Positions 1-25,040 of a stretch of 64,000 nt of DNA are shown piece after piece. The stretch lies in the NCBI RefSeq assembly GCF_009914755.1, contig NC_060940.1. One strand, written 5' to 3'. Each line of letters opens with the position of its first letter. The stretch's first letter is position 1. The translations under genes and the position numbers were made by a program. The stretch is from the human T2T-CHM13v2.0 reference genome, Homo sapiens. Below the pieces are notes generated by a model. That model did no database searches, was not told the DNA's origin, and was given only the letters and a program-made list of their open reading frames with translations.

Positions 1-353
1 AAGTAGGGTTGGGGTAGAGGCTTCCAGCATGTCCTGGAGATATAATACGGAAGGTCTGGGGTTTTTTGAATGTAGGAGGATCAGGAAGGTCATACTTGTC
101 TCCTAGGCACAAAGCAGAAGGTGACTGTCAAAACAAAACAGGAACAATAGTAAAACTGGGTTCTAGAAAAGAGCCTTGGAAACTTCTTTTGTGACCAAGT
201 AACTCTTTTTCGAGAAGGCCTGGACTGTGTTTCAAGCTATGTAGGCGCTGCTAAGAGAACATTCTGGAGTGCAGTGTTGACATTTAGTAAGGGCCTTTGT
301 CTTTTTATTTCTTTTCTTTTTTTCATGCTATTCTGACAGAAGAGCCTTTGTCC

Positions 354-658
<305 letters not shown>

Positions 659-790
659 TTAGTCTTTCAAAACAGAAATTTGCATGGTTGGATTGTTTAA
701 TGACAGAAGAGGTAGCAAATGTCAGTGAGCACCTTCTCCTTTATCCATAGACTACATTGCAGGGGTGAGTTAAAAAGAAAGGGTAACATG

Positions 791-1202
<412 letters not shown>

Positions 1203-1454
1203 CTACTTCCTCTAGTAACAAGAAAGATGATGGGAGGATGGGAGGAGCTGCCTCCATGGCCTTGTGAAAACCTGAATCTGAAAAATGTCTGAATTTGTTA
1301 AAGACCAGTCCAAAAATTTGAGAAAATGAACTCATTCTGGGAGTGGGTTTTTTCCACTCTCATTAGGCTGAGCTACCAATTCTTTTTGGGGGCCTTAGTG
1401 CCTGCCATGGTCAAGTTCTATAGAAACACCACTCAACACAGAGTTACCCAGAAA

Positions 1455-1973
<519 letters not shown>

Positions 1974-2155
1974 TCAAAAAAAAAAAAAATTAATTGACAA
2001 ATAATCACTACATATCTGTGTGGGATGCAATGTGATGTTTTGATATATGTACACATTATGGAATAATTAAATCAAGCATATCCATCACCTCACATAATTT
2101 TTTTTTGTGGTGTGAACATTTAAGATCAGCTCTCTTGGTCAGATGCAGTGGCTTA

Positions 2156-2413
<258 letters not shown>

Positions 2414-2560
2414 TCAATAAAATAAAATTTAAAAATAAAATAAAATCAGTTCTCTTATAGGTCTTGAAAACTTATTCTTCTGTATAGTTGAAACTTCATA
2501 CCCTTTGACCAACATCTCCCCATTGCCACCCCCCACCAATAGAGCTCTTAAAACACTCAC

Positions 2561-3062
2561 TGTATTAGTCAGGGTTCTCCAGAAAAATAGACCAATATGA
2601 TTGATCAATCTATCTGTCTATCCACCTCTATCTCTATCACTGTATTATCATCTATGATGTATTTTAAGGAATTAACTCATGCGATTATGGAGGCTGAGAA
2701 ATCCCACACTCTGCTTCTGCAAACTGGAGACCCTGGAAGGCTGGCGGTGTAACTCTGAGAACTGGGAATCTGATGGTGCAAGTCCCAGGAGAGGGCAGAA
2801 GACTGATGTCTCCACTCAACCAATCAGGCAGACAGAGCAAACTCTCCCTCCTCTGCTTCTGTTGTTCTATTCAGGCCCTCAATGGATTGGATGACAGGAC
2901 TGGATGAGGACCCCCACACTGGGGAGGGCCATCTGCTTTACTCAGCCACTGATTCAAATGCCGGTCTCATTCAGAATCACTCTCACAGACACAACCAGAA
3001 ATAATGTTTTACGTAGGCACTCCATGCCCCAATCAAGTCAACACATAAAAATAACCATCACG
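2561..3062 (-). mobile_element. MLT2-family LTR (3' LTR of ERV-L provirus)
   Basis: Termini TGTATTAGTCAGGGTTCTCCAGA...CACATAAAAATAACCATCAC. The adjacent minus-strand polypurine tract is GTTGACAAGGGGTAGACT (~3063-3080). Confidence 0.85.
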
Positions 3063-3274
3063 AGTCTACCCCTTGTCAACTTGACACTCATCCTCATCTC
3101 CTGAAACCATACTTAATCTCCAAATAATGACAATAACAAGATAATAATTCTGCCTAATATGATACATCTATCCTGTGTGCCACCGAAAATGCACAAACTC
3201 TTTCCCAGAAAAGGATAGGAATGAGTGATGTTTAGTCTTCTCTTTGATATTCTTCTGAAACTTAAAGACTGTGA

Positions 3275-4987
<1,713 letters not shown>

Positions 4988-5196
4988 TGATCTTCTGGGC
5001 TCAAGTGGTCCTCCCACCTCAGCCTCTCAAAGTGCTGGGATTACAGACATGAACAACCACACGCAGCCAGATATAAAATTAACAATACTTAAATCCTATG
5101 ATATAAAGTCAATACATCTTATGTTACATGATAAAATGAGAGGAAAGAAAACAAAGATATTTGCTACACAAACGTGTTCATAATAAAATAAGGAGG

Positions 5197-5630
<434 letters not shown>

Positions 5631-5879
5631 TTATTTATAACTATCTTCCTCCACTACCCCATTCTGTATTCCTTTTGCCTTCAGCAAACACCTCAGGTGG
5701 TCATGGTTCTTTATTTGGTGTTGTGATCCAAACCTTCATTCCTGAAGGACCTGGGCCATATATAGTCCTGTCTGGATTGGATTGTTGTATATTTTTCCGT
5801 TCCACTTAATCAGAGGGCATGGTCATACTGAGAGATGCTCTGCAGGATCTCATGAATTGCAGACATACTCTTTCTTACC

Positions 5880-6150
5880 TCCATTGTGGAGTAGTAGTCC
5901 AAGTTTCCCTTGGTAGTCAGAATCAATTTATCTAGCCACTAGAGGATTCCCTTCTTTTTTTGTTGATTCAGGGTATTAAGGAGCCCAAAGTGGCTGGGCA
6001 GTAGCCTTAACTTCCAGCTCAATGCAATTATTGTTGTGTCTCCAGATGGAAGCATTCCTTCTTCTGGAACTAAGAGCTCTAGACCAGCAGAGCATAAAGT
6101 TGTGAGAACAGGAACCAAAAATTTTGCTACTGGGTCACTAGAAGTAATAG
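5880..6150 (-). pseudogene. ERV-L dUTPase remnant
   Basis: Minus-strand translation ...GDTTIIALSWKLRLLPSHFGLL..., located downstream of integrase as in ERV-L. Confidence 0.65.
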
Positions 6151-6272
6151 TGGTTCAGCTGGGCACAGTGGCTCATGCCTGTAATCCCAGTGCTTTGGGA
6201 GGCTAAGGCAGGAGGATTGCTTGAGGCCAGGAGTTTGAGACCAGCCCAAACAGCATAGGGAGACACTGTTTC

Positions 6273-6275
<3 letters not shown>

Positions 6276-6313
<38 letters not shown>
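6276..6313. repeat. (TA)n microsatellite in an Alu linker
   Basis: Read directly from the sequence. Confidence 0.95.
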
Positions 6314-6316
<3 letters not shown>

Positions 6317-6758
6317 TTTTTTTCTTTGTTTGTTAAACAAGCTGGGCATGGTGGCAAGCACTTGTAGTCCTAGCTACTTGAGAGGCTGAGGTGGGAGGAT
6401 TGCTTGAGCCCATGAGTTTGAGGCTATAGGGAGCTATGGCCATGCCACTGCTCTCCAGCCTGAGCAACAGAGCAAGACTCTGTCTAAAAAAAAAAAAAAA
6501 AAAAAATTGGTGAATGGTGCCACTCCCATTTCCACCCTTGATTCCTGACTGTGATTTCCTGCTATAAGAGAAACAGCACCATGGCCAGGCGCGGTGGCTC
6601 ACACCTGTAATCCCAGGACTTTGGTAGTCCGAGCCGGGTGGATCACCTGAGGTCAGGAGTTCAAGATCAGCCTGACCAACATGGCAAAACCTCATCTCTA
6701 CTAAAAAATACAAAAATTAGCCGGTGTGGTGGCAGGTGCCTGTAATTCCAGCTACTCA

Positions 6759-6971
<213 letters not shown>

Positions 6972-7779
6972 CTAGCCCTCCTAGCTGGTACTGTAACTAA
7001 GTCTTCAAAAGACCCTTTCACTGTTTCATCAAACCAGCTACTTCAGAATGGTGGGAAAAGACCAGTGAATTCCATGAGCTTGAACCCATTGCTGCATTCC
7101 TTTTGCTGTGTGTTTGTTGATGAGAAGCAATGTTGTGTGGAATACCAATACCATTACAATGGATAAGACATTCTATAAGCCCACAAACGGTAGTTTTGGT
7201 AGAAGCATTGTGTGCAGGGAAGGCAAATTAATATGCTGAGTAAGAGTTTATTACAAGCCCACACAGTGGTGTGCACCTGTAGTTCTAGCTACTTGGGAGG
7301 CTGAGGCAAAGTGGGAAGATTTCTTGAGAACAGGAGTTCAAAGCTGTAGTGTGCTATAATCATGCCTGCAAATAGCCACTGCACTCCAGCCTGGGCAACA
7401 CAGCAAGATCCCATCTCTAAAAATAAAAAATAATAATTAAAAAAAATTTTTAAAGAATCTATTACAGTAAGAACAAAACACTGTCCCTTCCATGATAGAA
7501 GCAGTCCAGTGTAATCAACCTGCCACTGGGGAGCTGGCTGATTTACCCCCCGGGGAATATCAGGGACTCAGTCTTGGTCTCTGCTGCTGATGGATTGGGC
7601 ACTCACCAGTGGCCATAGCCAGGTCAGCTTTGATAAGTGGTAGTCCATATTCCCAAGCCCATGATTAACCTCCATCCCTGACCATGGCCACTCTGCTCAT
7701 GAGCCCACTGGCTGATGAGGGGGTGGCTGGAGAAAGAGGCTGATGGCTATCCACAGAATAGGTCATCCTATCCACTTGA

Positions 7780-9390
<1,611 letters not shown>

Positions 9391-9404
9391 TGGGAATTTA
9401 ATTT

Positions 9405-9815
9405 TGTTTTATTTTTAATAATTTTTGTCATACATAGTAGGTGTATATATTTATGGGGTACATGAAATGTTTTGATACAGGCATGTAATGCATAATGATT
9501 ACATGGGGAATGGGGTTCCATCCCCTTGAGCATTTATCCTTTGTGTAACAATCCAATTATAGTTTCAGTTATTTTAAAATGTACAATTATTGTTGACTAT
9601 AGTTACCCTGTTGTGCTATCAAATAGCAGGTCTTATTCATTCTTTCTAACTACTGTTTTTGTACCCATTAATCATCCCTACCTCCCACCTCCCCCACTAC
9701 CCTACCCTTCCAAGCTTCTGATAATCACCCTTCTACTCTCTATGTCCATGAGTTCAGTTGTTTTGATTTTTAGATCTCACAAATGAGTGAGAACATGCAA
9801 TGTTTGTCTTTCTGT
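9405..9815 (-). mobile_element. L1 3' end (L1PB/L1MA-like) inserted in ERV-L pol
   Basis: Typical L1 3' UTR antisense sequence (...CACAAATGAGTGAGAACATGCAATGTTTGTCTTTCTGTG) with a T-rich tail on the left. Confidence 0.8.
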
Positions 9816-9842
9816 GTAAATTTTGACATAGGGCTAGAGAGT

Positions 9843-10164
9843 TCACATATACCCCCCAGGCAGGACCTGAAGGTATATTGCTGGCCTGCCTGCTGAAAGA
9901 AAACTGCTCTTATGGGCCTCATGGACAGGAATTTGAGGGAAAGGCGTTTGCCAGTTCAATAGCTGCAAACCAGGAACCAGGGGATGTGTTAATTTGCTTA
10001 AGCAATGAAACCACATCTGATACAGCAGCTGCAATTGGAGTCACCACCTGGTTAAGCTTGTGATAATCCACCATCATCCTCCAAGATCCATCTGTCTTCT
10101 GCACAGGCCAAATGGGCAAACTGAATGGGAATGTGGTGGGAATCATCACCCCTGCATCCTTCAT
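9843..10164 (-). pseudogene. ERV-L reverse transcriptase N-terminal remnant
   Basis: [55 protein letters not shown]...[10 protein letters not shown] carries the RT motifs PVxKxDGxWR and DYxxLN; frameshifted. Confidence 0.9.
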
Positions 10165-10347
10165 GTCCTTGATGGTGGCACTAATCTCTGCAGTCCCTCT
10201 AGGAATGTGTTATGCTTTGGGTTTACTATTTTCCTAGTTCAGGCCAGCTTTAGTAGCTTCCACTTGGCCTTTCCTCCCATAATAGCCCTCACTCTGCAGG
10301 TCAGGGAAACAATATGGGGATTCTGCCAGCTTCTTTGTATGCCTATT

Positions 10348-10640
10348 TCAATTACACATTCTGGAACTGGAGAAATAGCTGCAGAATGGGTTGGGACCCA
10401 CTGGGTCCACTGTGAGGCAGACTTGAGCTAAAACTCCATTAATTACCTGACCTCCATAAGCCCCTACTCCCACTGGTAGGCCACAGTGGCATTTTGGGTA
10501 CCCCAGAATTGGTAACAGCTCAGAGCTGGTGTCTAGTAGTCCCCAAAAGTTCTGATTATTTCCTTCTTCCCAATGCACAACTACTGTGGTTACAGGTCCC
10601 TGGCTATAGGTCCCTTTGGGGAAGACTGGGAAAAAGATTA
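10348..10640 (-). pseudogene. ERV-L aspartic protease remnant
   Basis: FWGLLDTSSELL (degenerate LLDTGS) and GVGAYGGQVINGVLAQV. Confidence 0.8.
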
Positions 10641-11682
10641 ATAGCATACATTTTTATTAGCCAGGCACAGGGGTTTGAGCCTGTAGTCCCAGCTAGTCGG
10701 CAGGCTAAGGTGGGAGAATCATTTGAGCCCAGGAGTTTGAGACTGCAGTGAGCCATTTAATCCCAGCAGTTTGGGAGGCTGAGGTGGGCAGATCATGAGG
10801 TCAAGAGTTTGAGACCAGCCTGGCCAACATGGTGAAACTCCGTCTCCACCAAGAATACAAAAATTAGCCAGGCGTGGTGGTGGGCACCTGTAATCCCAGC
10901 TACTGCACTCCAGCCTGGGCAACAGAGTGAGACTCTGTCTCAAAAGCAAAAACAAAAACAAAACAAAACACACACACACAAAGATAGATTTTTAGGAGTA
11001 CTGGGGTTATTCTTCAACAGGTCCAGGTATCCCCTTCATTCAAGTGGTCCTGGGTCAGTAAAGTGGCTGATGTCCAGCAATTCACTGAGGGGTTATGAAT
11101 CAATTTTTATGATACATGTTAAACTTTTGTTCATCTGACCTAGAAATTTTCTGCATATACAGATCAAGTAAGAAAATATTTCACTTCTAGGAACACCCTG
11201 ATAAACTTGCCAATGCCAAAGGTCTTCATGAGTCAGACTATTCTGATTGTTGCCTTGATTCTGCTGTTCATCATGGCAACCACACCCCCCTTGCCTCTGT
11301 TGGTTGAGTCCCAAAACTTGGAACCTGCCACTCTGGGCAGGGGTGGGATCCAATGACTCCCATTGCATTTAGGCTTCCCGATTCTGTGAGTGCAGTTTCC
11401 ATCGAAAGGCCAGGCCTACAGAGTAGGGTGATCACAGAGCTCTCCAAGGATGTGCTCCCCTCATGATGTTATGTTTCACGGTACTAGTGAAAGGTGTGTC
11501 TTTTGAACCTTCCCAGTGTGGGTGAATAGGCCTTAAATGACAAATTCACTCTAGCATGCCAATCTCCCTAAGCTTCTGAATTCCTTTCCCTACATAAAAC
11601 CAAGGCAGGTACGGCATTTCCAATTTGCTCACCATGGACCAGGTTTTGGTCCATGTTTTCCATGTTTGAGCCAACCAACTGA

Positions 11683-11984
<302 letters not shown>

Positions 11985-12120
11985 TGAGCCACCTTGCCTG
12001 GCTTTTTTGTTTGTTTGTTTGTTTTTTGACAGGGTCTCACTCTATCAGCCAGGCCAGAGTATGGCTCACTGCAGCCTCGACCTCCCAGGCTCAAATGGTC
12101 CTCCTACCTCAGCCTCCTGA

Positions 12121-12276
<156 letters not shown>

Positions 12277-12452
12277 TGAGTAGCTGGGACTACAGGTGCA
12301 TATCAGCATGCCCAGCTAATTTTCATATTTTTAGTACAGATGGGGTTTCACTATATTGGCCAGAGTGGTCTCAAACTCGTGACCTCAAGTGATCTGCCCA
12401 CCTCAGCCTCCCAAAGTGCTGGGGTTACAGGCATGAGCAACTGTGCCCAGCA

Positions 12453-12594
12453 AGTAATTTATAAATTACACTTTACCATAGGTACGTGTATATAGAAAAA
12501 AGCATAGTATATGTAGGGTTCGGTACTAACCACAGTTTCAGTCTTCCACTGGGGGTCTTGGAACATATTCCCTTAGGCTAAGAGGGGACTACTC
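12453..12594 (+). mobile_element. Tigger4 (Zombi) 3' end, inverted relative to the rest of the element
   Basis: GGTTCGGTACTAACCACAGTTTCAG...GGGGGTCTTGGAAC...AGGGGACTACTC followed by TA. Confidence 0.8.
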
Positions 12595-12596
12595 TA

Positions 12597-12775
12597 CTTG
12601 AGTTTTCTAATTTATATGGACAGAAATGGGAGAGCATGTGTGAGAATGGATACTAAGGGTATGCGATGATGGTGGAAAGAACATAAGGTTGGGTCAGGCT
12701 AAATTAATTGATTTGGGCCCACTAAGCAGAGATTCTGCCTTTAATTCTTCAGTTTAGGGAGTTAGAAAGGCTCTA
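12597..12775 (+). pseudogene. ERV-L gag fragment in inverted (+) orientation
   Basis: Plus strand encodes LEFSNLY...EWILRV...GGKNIRLGQAKLIDLGPLSRDSAFN...RKAL-like ERV-L gag, opposite to the rest of the provirus. Confidence 0.8.
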
Positions 12776-13032
12776 CGACAGGTGTGGTGGCTCAAGCCTG
12801 TAATCCCAGGATGCTGGGAGGCTGAGAAGACAGGATCCCTTGAGCCCAGGACTTTGAGACCAGCCTGGGCAACATAGCAAGACCTTGACTGCACTAAAAA
12901 AAAAAAAAAAATTAGGCCAGGCATGGTGGCTTGAGCCTGTAATCCCAGCACTTTGGGAGGCCAAGGCAGGCAGATCACCTGAGGTCGGGAGTTTGAGACC
13001 AGCTGGTGCAACATGGCAAAACTCTGTCTCTC

Positions 13033-13074
<42 letters not shown>

Positions 13075-13115
13075 AGCCAGGCGTGGTGGTGTGTGCCTGT
13101 AGTCCCAGCTACTCA

Positions 13116-14331
<1,216 letters not shown>

Positions 14332-14849
14332 TAGTTCTTTTGGAGCATCGCATCCCTCCTCTTGGGTCACACTTTGTACTTCGCCTTAGGGACCTACTGG
14401 TACTTGGGTCTAGTTACAGGTCTAGAAGCAAAGGGGGTTGTTGAGGTGGTCCCGTAACAGAATCAGCATAGTCTTGCCTGTCAACTGCCTCAGTGGAGGC
14501 CTTTACAGTTTCCTCAGGCAATGCAGAGTTAATTCCCTGAGATGGGGCTGGGAGAGTGATGGGGAGACCCATACCACTGGGGTAGGGAGGCCTCTTCCAC
14601 TGGCAAGGGAGATACATCAGACTTTCGGGGCTCAATGTCTCTTATCAAGGTCTTCCCGCACATCCCTATTTCAATTTCCAGGATCCTATTGTTTCCCAAT
14701 CAATATGCTCACTTTAACAGTAGATGCCCTGTGAGGCTGGATACAATTCAGTCAGTCACAGAATGAGGTTCTGCATTTGATTTTCAGCAGTCTCAGCTCT
14801 GTGGCTATAGGAGACAGAAGTCTTCTTCAGGCTCACATACGAGCTCTAA

Positions 14850-14952
14850 AGAAATCTGCTTTACCAACGCTGTCACAGATACACCCAGAAATAATGTTTA
14901 ATCTGGGCACCCTGTATCCCAATAAAGTTGACACATAAAATTAACTATCACA
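14850..14952 (-). mobile_element. MLT2 5' LTR remnant (U3 start only)
   Basis: CACAGATACACCCAGAAATAATGTT...GACACATAAAATTAACTATCACA parallels 2980-3062. Confidence 0.75.
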
Positions 14953-14998
14953 CACCAAGACCCCAAAGTGGCTTGTAAACTGAGCAAGTTTGTTTCTA

Positions 14999-15181
<183 letters not shown>

Positions 15182-15836
15182 TTAGCTGGGTATGGTGGTG
15201 CATGCCTTTAGTCCTAGCTACTCAGGAGGCTGAAGTGGGAGGATCATCTGAGCCCAGGAGGTTGGTGGAGGCTGCAGTGAGCCATGATTGGGCCACTGCA
15301 CTCCACCCTGGGTGACAGAGTAAGACCCTGTCTCAAAAATAAATAAATAAATAAATTTGGATTACCCTGAACAAGATACAAGCTTCAACATTGCTAATTA
15401 TTTTTAAGTCTCACTGAAAAATATTTCCCTACTTGGAATCCTCCTGGTATTTATGAAGGAGAAAAATAACATGAAACAATAACATATATTTTGTGCAAAA
15501 AGGGGAAGGTTTGTAAATGGGGCCTAAGATTATTCATAACTGGAGCAAATGCTTCATAATGTAAATGATGAAGATACTAATATTAAGAAACTATTATTTA
15601 TGGTTTTTACTAACTCCAGAATAAAGTACTTTAATCACATACTGTCAAAAATTTAGTTGTAATGACAGCTTGTTTTTTTGAGACAGGGTCTTGTTCTGTT
15701 GCCCAGGCTGGAGTGCAGTGGCAGGATTATAGCTCAACCCAGGAGTAACCTTGAACTTCTGGGTTGAAGGAATCCTCCTGCCTCAGCTTCCACAGTAGCT
15801 GAGACTACTGGTGCATACCCCACCACACCCAGCTAA

Positions 15837-15986
<150 letters not shown>

Positions 15987-17164
15987 TAGCTGGGATTACA
16001 GGAATGTGCCACCATGCCTGGCTAATTCTGTATTTTTAGTAGAGACAGGGTTTCACCATGTTGGTCAGGCTTGTCTCGAACTGCTAACCTCTGGTCATCC
16101 GCCCGCCTCGGCCTCCCTAAGTGCTGAGATTATAGGCGTGAGCCACCACGCCCAGCCTATTTTATTTTTTGTAGAGATGGGGGGGTCTCATCATGTTGCC
16201 CAGGCTGGTCTTGAACTCCTGGCTGAAGCAATCATATCCTCCTCAGCCTCCCAAAGTGTTGGGATTACAGGCATGAGCCACCACATCCTGCCTTAATGAC
16301 AATTATTAATAATACCAGGTAGTAGTTGTGGAATTTCCCTCCTGTTTTGTTCAAGTTAATAAATCAAGGCCGGGCATAGTGGCCCACACCTGTAATCCTG
16401 GCACTTTGGGAGGTCAAGATGGGAGGATTATCTGAGGCCAGCAGTTCAAGACCAGCCTGGGAAAACCTGCAGATTTACCAGGGAAGTAGGAGGCTGGACT
16501 AACATAGTAATGCCAGCCCAGGTGGGAGGATTGCTTGAGGCCAGAAGTTCAAGACCAGCCTGGGCAACGTAGGAAGACCCCCATCTCTACAAAAAAATGA
16601 AAAAATTGGCCTGGCATGGTGGCACATGCCTGTAGTCCCAGCTACTTACAAGGCTGAGGCAGGAGGATCACTTGAGCCCAGGAGTTCCAGGATGCAGTGG
16701 GCTAAGGTCACACTACTGCACTCTAGCCTGTGACAAAGTGACACTTCAGTTCTAAAAAGAATAAATAACTAAATGAAAACACATTTAAATTTGCATGATT
16801 CTTGGGTAGTTTTCTTTCTTATTTCTCTACTAAATTTTTACTCTGTAGAACTTTGGCATTTCAGTAAATCTTACAAGTTAAGACTATCAATTCAACATCT
16901 TTCTTGCCTAGGAAGAAAAATATTGAGAATGAACGGGGTGCTAAATTGTGGAGGAACATGTCTGGGGTTGTGATAGCTGCGTTTTTTGGCTTATCAATGT
17001 TGACGATTTTCAAGACTCCAATAAATGTCTGCTCTTTTGTTCTAAATAGCAAAATGAAAACGCTGAGTAAAATTGATTATTGAAATTGGTGTTGTCTATT
17101 TTTTAAAATGCAGTAGTAGATTATTTGGGATAAAACATTGAAGATTTGTTGGGGAAAGTGAATG

Positions 17165-19970
<2,806 letters not shown>

Positions 19971-20180
19971 TACATTTTAGTGTATGCGAAATACCCAACT
20001 GTTTTACTTTGGGCTGCATAATTTTTTTCTTTAAAAATTTTTTTTTCTTAAAATTGATGGGGTGCCCAGGCTGATCTCGAACTCCTAGGCTCAAGGGATC
20101 CTCCCACCTTTGCCTCCCCTGTAGCTGAGATGATAGGTTTGTGCCACCATGTCCAGGGAGCTGATTGATTGATTGATTGA

Positions 20181-20297
<117 letters not shown>

Positions 20298-20569
20298 TAG
20301 CTGGGACTGCAGGCACAGGCCACCATGCCTGGCTAATTTTTTGTATTTTTAGGAGAAACAACATGTTGCCCAGGAAAGTTTCAAACTCCTGGGCTCAAGC
20401 AATCTGCCCACCTTGGCCTCCCAAAGTGCTGGGATTACAGGAGCGAGCCACCGCACTCGGCCCCAGCTGAATGATTTTTAAGGTACCTTCCAGAAGACAT
20501 GCTTTATAATTCTATACCATGGCACACATCCGACACTCAATCACAGTGCCTCATCTTGTTGCACCCAGA

Positions 20570-20920
20570 GCAGGTTCCTGACCCAGGGCCTTGGTGTTTG
20601 CCATCCCCTCTGTCTAATGGACCATTCCTTAGATGATCACAGCCCACTCCTTTGCTTACCGCTCGGCTCAAATATCGCTTCCTCAGAGCAGCCTTCCCTG
20701 ATTAGCCTATCTAAAAATAGCATACTGTCACTGTCCTTTAGCCTGCCTTCTTTTTCTTCATCGCATTTACCACTGTCTGACTTTATAGGCTTCCCTTGCT
20801 CACTGGCAAACTAGGTCCACCAGGGCAGGGACCTCATCAGAATTGTTCGTTGCTGTATCCCCAGAATCTGGCATCTAATAGTTGCTCAAGACCATATTTA
20901 TTGAATTAATTGAATGAATT
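20570..20920 (+). mobile_element. L2 3' fragment
   Basis: CAGGGCAGGGACC...TATCCCCAG...TTTATTGAATTAATTGAATGAAT, the L2 tail. Confidence 0.7.
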
Positions 20921-21200
20921 GCAATTTGAGTTTAAATATTTACTTCTTTTTGCCTCCTCAACCAGACAGGAAATTCATGGAAGGCAGCCAAAGGCCCTGG
21001 TTGCTTATTTATCTCCTCTAAAGCAATTAGCTCAATTCTGCATGGGTGACAGACATTCAACCAAGATTTGCTGAAGGCCTTGAAACAAGGATAAGTTACA
21101 CAGCTAACCAACATGCATTCTTTCCAGGTGAATGAACACAGTAATGCCTTGTCTTTAGGCCCACACATCACAGTCTACAAAGTTTTATTTTTTTTTTTGA

Positions 21201-21401
<201 letters not shown>

Positions 21402-21422
21402 TGAACTCCTGACCTCAAGTGA

Positions 21423-21881
<459 letters not shown>

Positions 21882-22122
21882 TGAAGCAATCTGCCCACTT
21901 TGGCCTCCAGAAGTGCTGGGATTATAGGCTTGAGCCACTGCACCCGGCCTACAATGTATTTTTATGTATGTTAACTAATTTTTATCATTTTGCCAATACT
22001 TTAGTAGTTCTTAACCTTTGCCTGAGGAAATCAGCACTCAAATATAACAAATGTTAATTTCTTGCACATGCTATTACTAATTTTGAGTACCTTGAAAAAA
22101 CTTAGATATCAATGGCATTTAA

Positions 22123-22305
<183 letters not shown>

Positions 22306-22580
22306 TGAGGCCCAGCTAATTTTTGTGTTTTTAGTAGAGATGGGGTTTCACCATGTTGTCCAGGCTGCTTTCAAACTCCTGACCTCAAGTGATCCATCTG
22401 CCTCTGCCTTCCAAAGTGCTGGGATTACAGGTGTGAGCCACCGTGCCTGGTCCTAAAGAAATATTTTAAGAGACTGGAATATATACCTGTATTTCAACAT
22501 GTACATATGCATGGAGAGATTTTTGGATGAATGTTTAACAATTTTCACAGTGGGCATTTCTGTTGGTGGGACCTTGATAA

Positions 22581-22946
<366 letters not shown>

Positions 22947-23394
22947 TGACCTTATGTCTTGAGATTGAATTTAAAAATTTTATTATTATTACTATTATTA
23001 TTATTATTTTTACAGGCAGGGTCTTGCTATATTGCCCAGACTGGTCTCAAACTCCAAGCCTCAAGCCACCTTCCGGCCTAAACCTCCCAAAGCACTGGGA
23101 TTATAGGTGTAATCCACCATGCCTCTCCTGAATTTTTTTTTTTCAAGCAGGGTTTAAGAAAATATATTTAAATTTTTTAGTTTTATTTCCTTTTCTTCTC
23201 TTTTGAGACAAAAATCTCGCTGTGTTGCCCAGGCTGGTCTTGAACTTCTGGGCTCAAGTGATCTTCCTGCCTCAGCCTCCCAAAGTACTGGGATTACAGG
23301 CATGAGCCACTGCGCCTGGTCATTTTTATTTTTATTTTTAAGACAGGATCTCACTCAGGCTGGAGTGCAGTGTCACAAACATGGCTCACTGTAG

Positions 23395-23617
<223 letters not shown>

Positions 23618-24173
23618 TAACTGGCCTTAGAGATGTGGGCCACCATGCCCGGCTAATTTCTTTTTTTAAGTAGAGATGGAGTTTCACCATGTTGGCCAGG
23701 CTGGTCTCAAACTACTGACCTCAAGCGATCTGCCTGCCTCAGCCTCCCGAATTGCTGGGATTACAGGCGTGAGCCACCACACTTGGCCTGAAAGCATGGA
23801 TCTTAAGTACCCAGCATCCTGAGAAGACAGAGTTTACAAAAGTATGTAAATCAAATGTATCTCTGATACTTTGCTGAAGAAAGCCTTTTACTTAACATAC
23901 TTAGGATATTACTATGGTGTAACTGATGAATTAGCATCTGATAATAGTTTGGATATCTGTCTCCTCCAAATTTCATGTTGAATATTTTTTTCTTTTTTAT
24001 TACCTTGATCCTACGTTAAAGGAAAAGGCCCAGCTCATTTTTAAATTTTTTGTAGAGACAGAGGTCTCACCATGTTGCCTAGGCTGTTCTCAAACTCCTG
24101 GCTTCAAGTAATCCTCTCACCTCAGTCTTCCAAAGTGCTGGGATTACAGGCATGAGCCACTGCATCCTGCTGA

Positions 24174-24440
<267 letters not shown>

Positions 24441-25040
24441 TGATCTGCCCGCGTCAGCCTCCCAAAATGTTGGGATTACAGGTGTGAGTCACCACGCCCG
24501 GCCAGAGATTCAATTTTTAAAACAAATATGAGGTCAGCAAACAAAATCTATTTCTATACAATGTTTTATTTTTGTCAGTGTAAATAACACAAAAAATACG
24601 GCTACTTATTTTCCTGGCTATGTAATAATTAGTACATAGCAAATTTCATTCAGGGAAAACTTTTTTTTTTTTTTTTTTTGAGATGGAGTCTCGCTCTGTC
24701 ACCCAGGCTGGAGTGCAATGGCGAGATCTCGGCTCACCACAACCTCCACCTCCTGGGTTCATGTGATTCTCCTGCCTCAACCTCCTAAGTAGCTGGGATT
24801 ACAGGCATGCGCCACCACACCCGGCTAATTTTGTATTTTTAGTAGAGATGGGGTTTTTCCGTGTTGGTCAGGCTGGTCTCGAACTCCCGACCTCAGGTGA
24901 TCTGCCTGCCTTGACTTCCCAAAACGCTGGGATTACAAGTGTGAGCAACCGCCCCCGGACAGAGAAAACTTTTAATACTGATTTCTAGTAAAGCAACAGC
25001 AACAATCAAATTGAATGAATCAAAATTCCGAAGGGTTTTT

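Noticed and set aside
2551-2560. Proviral target-site duplication for the ERV-L
   Set aside because: The left flank CTCAC and right flank CACCA do not match cleanly, so no TSD is claimed
9843-10647. Intact or domesticated retroviral pol
   Set aside because: Fragmented by stops, frameshifts and L1/Alu insertions, and the protease motif is degenerate
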